DNA of 64,000 nt from an uncultured Bacteroidota bacterium (lineage in GTDB: Bacteria > Bacteroidota > Bacteroidia > Bacteroidales > GWA2-32-17): contig CAILUD010000010.1 of NCBI GenBank assembly GCA_903837285.1, forward strand, positions 73,882 through 137,881, given 5' to 3'. Shown one piece after another: positions 58,701-64,000 of the stretch. A model generated the notes under the pieces. That model did not search any database. It was not told the DNA's origin and saw nothing but the letters and a program-made list of their open reading frames with translations. Every line of letters starts with the position of its first letter. The first letter of the stretch is position 1. A program made the translations under genes and the position numbers.

Positions 58701-59810
58701 TCTGCATTTTTATCAAATATGAGCCATGAGTTAAGAACACCTATTAATGGAATTATTGGTTTCTCAAATCTTCTTTTAAAACCTGATAACACTTTAGAAA
58801 AAAAGGAAAAATATGTTTCCCAGATAAATGCCAGCACATCAATGCTACTAAGGTTAATTGAGGATATTATTGATATTGCTAAAATAGAATCGGGAAGTTT
58901 AACTATTGAAAAAGCACCTTGCAGACCATTTGATATATTAAAAGAGTTGTTTACGCTGTATCAGCAAGAGCTTAAAGCAAGAAATAAGGAAAATATACAA
59001 TTAGTGTTTAATAAGTATTCTGATTCGAATTTCACTATTGTTACTGATCCTTTTAGGTTAAGGCAAGTTCTTTTAAATTTATTATCCAATGCTGTAAAAT
59101 TTACTAGTCAGGGAAAAATTGAATATGGGTTTTCTTTAGAAAATAATGAGCTTTTGTTCTATGTTAAAGATACTGGCATAGGTATTAAACAGGAAAATAT
59201 AAAACTTATATTTGAGCGTTTTGCTCAGCTAGAATTATCTTTATCTCGAAAATTTGGAGGTACTGGATTGGGATTAACAATATCCAAAAATATAGTCGAA
59301 CATTTAGGAGGAAAAATTTGGGTGGAATCAGACTTAGAAAAAGGAAGTTCTTTCTTTTTTAATATTCCTGCAGAAATAATTCCTGCTACTGAAAATGTTC
59401 TGGAGAATGTTATTTTTAATCCTAATCAATATCAGTGGGGTAAATTTACTGTTTTAGTCGCTGAAGATGACGACTTAAATTTTATGTTTATTGAAGAAAT
59501 GCTTTCCGAAACTAAAATTAAATTAATTAGAGCCAAAAATGGACTTGAGGCAATAGATGCAGTTAAGAATAATTCCGAAATTGAACTTGTTTTAATGGAT
59601 ATTCAAATGCCATTTATGGACGGATATCAAAGTACAAGAGAAATCTTATTGATTAAACCACATCTTCCAATTATAGCCCAAACTGCCTTTGCATTAGCAA
59701 GTGAAAAAGAACTAAGCTTTAAAGCAGGATGCATTGATTATATCTCAAAACCTTTGGATATGGAAGAATTGCTTATTAAAATTAAGAAGTATTTACCAGT
59801 AAAGTTTTAA
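55764..59810 (+). CDS. Multi-PAS hybrid sensor histidine kinase/response regulator
   Basis: About 1348 aa from the ATG at 55764; the track start is a TTG at 55755. At least five PAS/PAC modules, H-box SHELRTPIN, HATPase_c (GTGLGLTI), and a C-terminal REC (LVLMDIQMPFMDG). Confidence 0.9.
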   Translation: MQSKAPKSTVNVESENKFKSLFYNSPTGIALIDINGIVKEVNTVILSLLGSPSAEATIGINVLEFEPLVNVGFADDFKKCLKTGTIVSKVVYYVTKWKKGIFVQYTLSSISKNEGLISGVILNVIDVTAQKNAEEKEKKHFSDLEFITKSATEILELQTSTNPLYFIGEKLKSLLGDKTVIINKYFAETKSSSIEYAFMTEERKKEFNELLNKNIERLKFNKTPPPVHQLNYTKKLIELDPVDFFINACFFPEKESKKIIELHNVSKVYFMGICPENNLLASLIIITYNNEIIDNKEVIETFINQTSIVLQRQFALKNLSEAERLYSNTLNSISELIHVTDRNQNVIFANSALKNIYINLGLDSNIEGKNIKEVFPFLTDSIIENYKRVINDKTPVFSEETNFINGRVFHTETIITPVIENEEVTRLITSVRDVTQNKLSELEIKVLKELNESVIQNMNEGIFMEDENGIIVMVNPSFCKMVGKDREKLIGKSALSIIPIKLQNKVKFAKSNLISYRDHAFEIEFNNKAGSKITAIHSFVPIYHDNKIKNIVSVFTDISNRKTMEQDLISAKEKIEESEEKFRAIFETASDGILLSDAITNKFIFANPQMCNLTGYNYKELLSIGIKELYPFNNLEEALARFQKQLKNEISVVEDIPILKKNGDLVYCDINSSVMEVSGKKFLLGFFRDVTKRKIADQELLKSKIKIEESEKKFRELYEKSGDAILIINNGLFVDCNQATVDMLKYKSKEEFLQVHPSVLSPEIQSDGKSSKEKAEEMMNSALNKGTHRFEWDHKKSDGEVFPVEVLLTAISNESDNKVIHTVWRDITERKNAEEALIKSENHLRNILELSNLAMAIISFDGTIEFINKQAVKTFGYLHEEIPNMDSWWNLAYPEEKYRKQTIEQFMGLVNKAIVENCEIERREYYPTCKDGIIKTMIIFGVVVENKIFVMFDDISERKEAELELIKTKEKAEESDMLKSAFLSNMSHELRTPINGIIGFSNLLLKPDNTLEKKEKYVSQINASTSMLLRLIEDIIDIAKIESGSLTIEKAPCRPFDILKELFTLYQQELKARNKENIQLVFNKYSDSNFTIVTDPFRLRQVLLNLLSNAVKFTSQGKIEYGFSLENNELLFYVKDTGIGIKQENIKLIFERFAQLELSLSRKFGGTGLGLTISKNIVEHLGGKIWVESDLEKGSSFFFNIPAEIIPATENVLENVIFNPNQYQWGKFTVLVAEDDDLNFMFIEEMLSETKIKLIRAKNGLEAIDAVKNNSEIELVLMDIQMPFMDGYQSTREILLIKPHLPIIAQTAFALASEKELSFKAGCIDYISKPLDMEELLIKIKKYLPVKF

Positions 59811-59829
59811 TTACCACTTGCCAAATCCC

Positions 59830-59850
59830 TGGTCTGTGGCTCACAGACCA
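59830..59850. terminator. GC-rich hairpin between convergent genes
   Basis: TGGTCTGTG (59830-59838) pairs with CACAGACCA (59842-59850) around a 3-nt loop. There is no T-tract, so it may be a repeat unit rather than a classical terminator. Confidence 0.45.
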
Positions 59851-59860
59851 CGGTGTGGCA

Positions 59861-60604
59861 TTAATTTTTAATTACGTAATTTCCTTTTTTGTCAACAGTA
59901 AATGAAGGAACCGTTTTATTTTTTTCAAAGTTATCATAAGCTGGTTTTAAACTTTCCCAAAAGGTAATAAGAGAACTGTTGTTTTTTTTGAGTACTACAA
60001 TATTTTCTGTTGTCATTTTACAGGGATAAATATGTACAGGTACCTTTTCTTGTCCGTGCGACTTTGCCTCAATAGCAAAAATATAAAGCTCCTTAATTTT
60101 TTCGTCGGTAAGTGGAACACAGCCTATTGTTACACAACTACCATGAATAAATATATCTCCCCCTGGTTGTGTTCCTGCAGTTACTATTTTGTCGGCCTGA
60201 TTAGGAAAATTAAGTCCTAATGAAAGATAAAAATTACTATAAGGATTAAATCTGTTTATAAAATAAAAACCTTCCGGAGTTTGTCCGTCACCTTGTAATC
60301 TTTTTGGTCCTAATTCGCCAGAGCTTGAACATATTTTGTAATCTGTTATGTGTGAATAAATTTTAACGGTTTTTGATTTAGCCCAAAGTTCAACAATTTT
60401 CTCTTGTTTAAATACTCTAATATAAATATCAATGTTAAAATTTTCTATTTTGTTATCAGAAAGTAATTTTTTAACTATTGCTTCTTTTTCAGAATATGCA
60501 GTCTTAACTCTAGAGTTTTTTCTTTGTTCGCTAACAAAAGTCTGTGCAATTCCTGAAAAAGTCATTAAAGTTATCAATAATATGAATATTGATTTTTTAT
60601 TCAT
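59861..60604 (-). CDS. L,D-transpeptidase catalytic-domain family protein (YkuD_2-like)
   Basis: 247 aa. Signal peptide and an active-site-like IHGSCVTIGCVPL (His ... Gly-Cys). Confidence 0.7.
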   Translation of the reverse strand: MNKKSIFILLITLMTFSGIAQTFVSEQRKNSRVKTAYSEKEAIVKKLLSDNKIENFNIDIYIRVFKQEKIVELWAKSKTVKIYSHITDYKICSSSGELGPKRLQGDGQTPEGFYFINRFNPYSNFYLSLGLNFPNQADKIVTAGTQPGGDIFIHGSCVTIGCVPLTDEKIKELYIFAIEAKSHGQEKVPVHIYPCKMTTENIVVLKKNNSSLITFWESLKPAYDNFEKNKTVPSFTVDKKGNYVIKN

Positions 60605-61560
60605 TAAAAGATTTTAGTTTTTTCGTTACCCAAATACATCATAAACACAACTTTTTTTGCCATTTCACCATCGCTTTTCACATAATGTCTTACTGGGCCA
60701 ATACCTGTAATAACTTTTTTAATTGCCAAAGTATTGGAGTCATAATACCAGTCTTCAACAAAAATTATGCTTGAAATTTCTTCTGGATTTATTTCTCGTT
60801 TAATAATTTTAACTTCTTGTTTGCCGGTTTCTGGGTTATCTAGATAAATAGTGTCTGTTGTTACACCAAAGTTCATGTCTATTTCCTGACGGGTTAATTC
60901 TTTTTCAATGTTAGAAGGGTCCCAGACTTTAGTTTTACCCGAAAAAACTTTTGATAAAATTAAACTTACTAATTTAGGTGAGTTTAAATTTTCAGTCCAT
61001 GTTGGTTGTATTGTGTCTTGTAGCTGAAATTCTGTTTTAATGTTTTTTGCTAAAATTTCTTGAGCATCTCCGCCTTTAACTTTGAAAATTAATTTCATCT
61101 CTTCTTTATCGCTACCTTCTCTTTTAAAATATCTAACAGGGTACCAGCTTAAAATCTTTTTTTCGAATAAAAATGGTTCTGTTGTATCAATCGACCATTC
61201 TTCATCAAAATACATTGATTTAATTTCAGATAAGTTTAATGGTTCTGCTTTTGCTCCCATTGCCGTTAAAATATCTTCTTTTATGCACTTTGTTGAATCG
61301 TCTGAGAATGGAAAATAAGTAGCAACTTCAGAACTTAAAACTTTAGAAAAAGCTTTTTTAATAAAATCTGTTGAGTTAAACTCTTTTTGCCAGTTTAATT
61401 CTCCTGATGTTTCGAATACAATTAAATTATTAACAGGAATTGAGGTTGGCAGAAGCATATTAACTCTACCTTTTGAAATTTCTAGCTCTGATTTATTTTC
61501 GTCTTTACATGAAGTAAATACTATAGTAACCGCAAAAAACACAAAAAGTAGATTTTTCAT
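60604..61560 (-). CDS. Hypothetical lipoprotein with an internally duplicated module
   Basis: 318 aa with lipobox VFTSC. Two related segments: YFDEEWSIDT..KKILSWYPVRYF and IFVEDWYYDS..KKVITGIGPVRHY. Its stop overlaps the downstream ATG (TAATG). Confidence 0.55.
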   Translation of the reverse strand: MKNLLFVFFAVTIVFTSCKDENKSELEISKGRVNMLLPTSIPVNNLIVFETSGELNWQKEFNSTDFIKKAFSKVLSSEVATYFPFSDDSTKCIKEDILTAMGAKAEPLNLSEIKSMYFDEEWSIDTTEPFLFEKKILSWYPVRYFKREGSDKEEMKLIFKVKGGDAQEILAKNIKTEFQLQDTIQPTWTENLNSPKLVSLILSKVFSGKTKVWDPSNIEKELTRQEIDMNFGVTTDTIYLDNPETGKQEVKIIKREINPEEISSIIFVEDWYYDSNTLAIKKVITGIGPVRHYVKSDGEMAKKVVFMMYLGNEKTKIF

Positions 61561-61589
61561 ATTGTTAATATTTAAATTATATTTAGCAA

Positions 61590-62450
61590 CTATTTTTTAT
61601 TACCTCTTGGTACAATACTCATTACTGGAAAATCTGATGTTTGAATAATTTCTTTTGCAAGAGAACCAACAAAATATTTTATTACTTCGGTTTCTTGTTG
61701 AGTCATTATTATTATAACATCGGCCTCTACTTTATGCGAAAATTCTAAAAGTGCATTACACATATTAGTATTTCCAGATTGAGTGTTTAGAAAATTTTGT
61801 GTGCATTCTATGCCTTGCGATTTTATAAACTCACTTACCTGGGTAAGCTGAAGTTTTAAACGATTCATTACGTATGAATCAGAAGTTGTGTTCATTGTAA
61901 CCGCATGCACAACACTGTTAAAATATTTTGCCAGGTAAATTGCATTGTTTACTTTTTCGCGTGTTTCTTTTGTTAAATCAAGTGGTAAAACAATATTTTT
62001 ACAACCTTCTCTATGGTGTTTTCCTTTTATGGTAATAACCGGACATTTACACTCACGAATTATTCTTAAAGAGTTACTTCCAACAACTTTTTGCTTCATG
62101 TCATAGGAGCTCGACGATCCTATTATTAGCAATTTTACATTTAACCTCTCTGCTGTGTTTAATATTGTATCAACTAATTTACCTTTTTCTACCAAAGGAG
62201 TAATTTTCACACCTGATTTTTGTTGAATGTGACTGGCAAAATCAGTTAATTTTACTTTTAACTTTTCTTCTAAATCATCTTGTTCCTTTTTCGAAAACAG
62301 ACCCCAAAGAGCATTATTCTCTGTAATTACATGAAGAATGTTGATTTCTGCATCAACCATCTTTGCTAAACTGTATGATTGCTCTAAGGCAACTAAAGAT
62401 TGTTCACCAAAATCAAAAGGAACAAGAATTTTGTTTTCACTATTTTCCAT
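61590..62450 (-). CDS. Tandem universal stress protein (UspA) domain protein
   Basis: 286 aa. Two Usp-like halves, each ending in a G-x2-G-x9-G(S/T)-type pattern (GSSSS..VVGSNS; YFVGSLAKE). Confidence 0.75.
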   Translation of the reverse strand: MENSENKILVPFDFGEQSLVALEQSYSLAKMVDAEINILHVITENNALWGLFSKKEQDDLEEKLKVKLTDFASHIQQKSGVKITPLVEKGKLVDTILNTAERLNVKLLIIGSSSSYDMKQKVVGSNSLRIIRECKCPVITIKGKHHREGCKNIVLPLDLTKETREKVNNAIYLAKYFNSVVHAVTMNTTSDSYVMNRLKLQLTQVSEFIKSQGIECTQNFLNTQSGNTNMCNALLEFSHKVEADVIIIMTQQETEVIKYFVGSLAKEIIQTSDFPVMSIVPRGNKK

Positions 62451-62609
62451 AAATGTACAATTAAAAAATTTCGATTTTAAAACGTAAAAATAAGCAGAAG
62501 TTCAGTTAAATAAAAGTTTTTTCTGAAAAGTATTATAAATTGTTTTTTATAACCATTTGTATGTTAATAAAAAAACAACATTTTATTATGCTACTAGTAC
62601 TGTCTTTAT

Positions 62610-62617
62610 TAACTTTG
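62610..62617 (+). promoter_or_regulatory. Candidate -7 box TAACTTTG
   Basis: Matches TAnnTTTG, 24 nt upstream of the ATG at 62642. Confidence 0.35.
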
Positions 62618-62641
62618 ATAATATTTATTAAAAAATAATTT

Positions 62642-63520
62642 ATGCATTCTAAACAAATCGAACCTTCCGAATTAATTATTAATCCTGATGGTAGTATTTT
62701 TCACCTTCATCTTTTACCAGAACAAATTGCTGAATCTATTTTGTTAGTCGGAGATCCTGGTAGGGTTGAGATGGTTAGTAGTTATTTTTCTAAAATTGAA
62801 CATAAGGTTTCTAATCGTGAGTTTTTTACCCATACTGGTATTTTTAATGGAAAGCGTGTTTCGGTTTTATCAACAGGTATTGGTACGGATAATATTGATA
62901 TTGTTGTAAATGAATTAGATGCACTTGTAAATATCGATTTGCAAAAACGCGAAATAAAAGCAGAGCATAAATCATTAAATTTAATAAGATTAGGAACCTC
63001 TGGTGCTTTGCAGGCAGATGTTTTAGTCGATTCTTTTTTAGTGTCGCAAAGTTCAATTGGCTTTGATGGATTATTGAATTACTATCAGAATCGTAATAAA
63101 ATTTCAAATCTTGAATTTGAAAAAGCTTTTATGGAATTTGTTAGCTGGAATCCGTTATTGCCTAAACCTTATGTAGTTGATTGCTGTAAAAATTTATTAG
63201 AAAAACTTGGGAAGGATTTTAAAAAAGGAGTGAATATATCGGCTTCAGGTTTTTATGGACCTCAAGGAAGAGTGCTTCGTTTACCAATTGCCGATCCAGA
63301 ATTAAACGATAAAATTGAGAAATTTAATTTTAACGGACGACAAATAACAAATTATGAGATGGAAAGTTCGGCTCTTTACGGACTTTCAAAATTACTTGGG
63401 CATCATGCTTTAACAATTTGTGCAATAATTGCGAATAGAGTAACAAAAACTTATAGTAAAGATTATAAGCCAATAGTTAGAAAACTTGTTGAACATACGC
63501 TAGAAAAATTAACTGAATAA
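62642..63520 (+). CDS. Nucleoside phosphorylase (PNP_UDP_1 family, uridine/purine phosphorylase-like)
   Basis: 292 aa. LVGDPGRVE, STGIGTDNIDIV, RLGTSGAL and YEMESSALY motifs. Confidence 0.8.
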   Translation: MHSKQIEPSELIINPDGSIFHLHLLPEQIAESILLVGDPGRVEMVSSYFSKIEHKVSNREFFTHTGIFNGKRVSVLSTGIGTDNIDIVVNELDALVNIDLQKREIKAEHKSLNLIRLGTSGALQADVLVDSFLVSQSSIGFDGLLNYYQNRNKISNLEFEKAFMEFVSWNPLLPKPYVVDCCKNLLEKLGKDFKKGVNISASGFYGPQGRVLRLPIADPELNDKIEKFNFNGRQITNYEMESSALYGLSKLLGHHALTICAIIANRVTKTYSKDYKPIVRKLVEHTLEKLTE

Positions 63521-63523
63521 AAT

Positions 63524-64000
63524 ATGGAGCCAAAAGCTATTTCGTCACAAATTAAGTTGCTTGATGATCCTGATGAAACAATTTTTAGAGCTGTTCGAGA
63601 TAATCTTATTGGCTTTGGATTAGAAATAGTTCCTGAATTAGAAAAAGCCTGGGAAAGCTCATTTAGCGAGTTAATACAAGAAAGAATAGAAGATATTATT
63701 AAAAGTATTCAGTTTACTTCTTTAAAAAACCAATTGGAAGATTGGGTTCACACTGGTGCAAAAGACATTGCTTTTGGTGCATATCTTTTAGCAAAATATC
63801 AATATCCTGATTTATCATGGGATGGAATTTCAAAGCAAATTGAAAATATAAGGAGTGAAGTATGGCTTGAATTAAATGAAAATTTGACTGCTTTAGAAAA
63901 AGTAAGAGTTTTAAATCATATTTTATTTGAGGTTCATAAATTTTCGCCGAATAATGCAAATTTTTACTCGCCACAAAATGCATATTTAAATTTACTCTTC
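63524..64000 (+). CDS. SirB1/transglutaminase-like family protein, C-terminus cut by the window edge
   Basis: Absent from the track because it has no stop in the window. My translation from the ATG at 63524 reads MEPKAISSQIKLLDDPDE...VRVLNHILFEVHKFSPNNANFYSPQNAYLNLL. The FYSPQN.YLN segment resembles the UPF0162/SirB1 N-terminal region. Confidence 0.5.
   Translation, partial: MEPKAISSQIKLLDDPDETIFRAVRDNLIGFGLEIVPELEKAWESSFSELIQERIEDIIKSIQFTSLKNQLEDWVHTGAKDIAFGAYLLAKYQYPDLSWDGISKQIENIRSEVWLELNENLTALEKVRVLNHILFEVHKFSPNNANFYSPQNAYLNLLF

Noticed and set aside
11235-59810. The two hybrid kinases (11235-13514 and 55764-59810) as a recent duplication or recombination substrate
   Set aside because: Their HisKA/HATPase/REC regions are clearly paralogous at the protein level. 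They differ at most positions, and I see no extended nucleotide identity. They look like old paralogues, not repeats.

Overview
This window looks like a chromosomal segment from a low-GC Bacteroidota genome. G+C is roughly one-third by eye; I did not compute it. The lineage call rests on a T9SS C-terminal sorting domain, a GldA-like ABC ATPase, TAnnTTTG-type promoter boxes, weak or absent Shine-Dalgarno sequences, and a family of short GTCA..CTGA hairpin repeats.

I can support about 58 protein-coding genes and 2 tRNAs, tRNA-Val(TAC) and tRNA-Glu(TTC). Most genes are housekeeping:
- RNA, translation and DNA topology: pnp and rpsO, parE-parC-aroK, rplY-pth, engB, rpsT, radC.
- Metabolism: folC, prs, mqnA, cdd, upp, folK, a family-4 UDG, phosphomannose isomerase and a nucleoside phosphorylase.
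- Membrane and metal handling: yidC and copA plus a copZ-like gene.
- Signalling: a NarL-type and a LytS/LytTR-type two-component pair, two PAS-rich hybrid kinases, and an ECF sigma/anti-sigma pair with outer-membrane barrel genes.

I found no CRISPR array, transposase, integrase, phage gene or recognisable defence gene, and no convincing novel multi-gene system.

The unusual content is mostly intergenic:
1. An 82-aa GIY-YIG ORF sits directly behind tRNA-Val and is bracketed by a direct duplication of the tRNA 3' end.
2. An all-G/C palindrome, TYCGCCGCGGCGRA (CCGCGG core), occurs three times. Each copy looks like an insertion into another repeat or into the tRNA remnant, and two identical copies flank the tRNA-Val/GIY-YIG module.
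3. GTCA-NN-CTGA hairpin repeats show compensatory stem changes.
4. A roughly 75-bp three-hairpin element is present in two divergent promoter regions, again with covariation.

Smaller oddities:
- A secreted alpha/beta-hydrolase that appears to lack its catalytic triad.
- A CX4CX2C cluster in a radical-SAM gene.
- An anti-sigma factor with tandem cytoplasmic repeats.
- Several non-ATG starts.

All functional calls come from reading motifs in the supplied translations. No database search was run.
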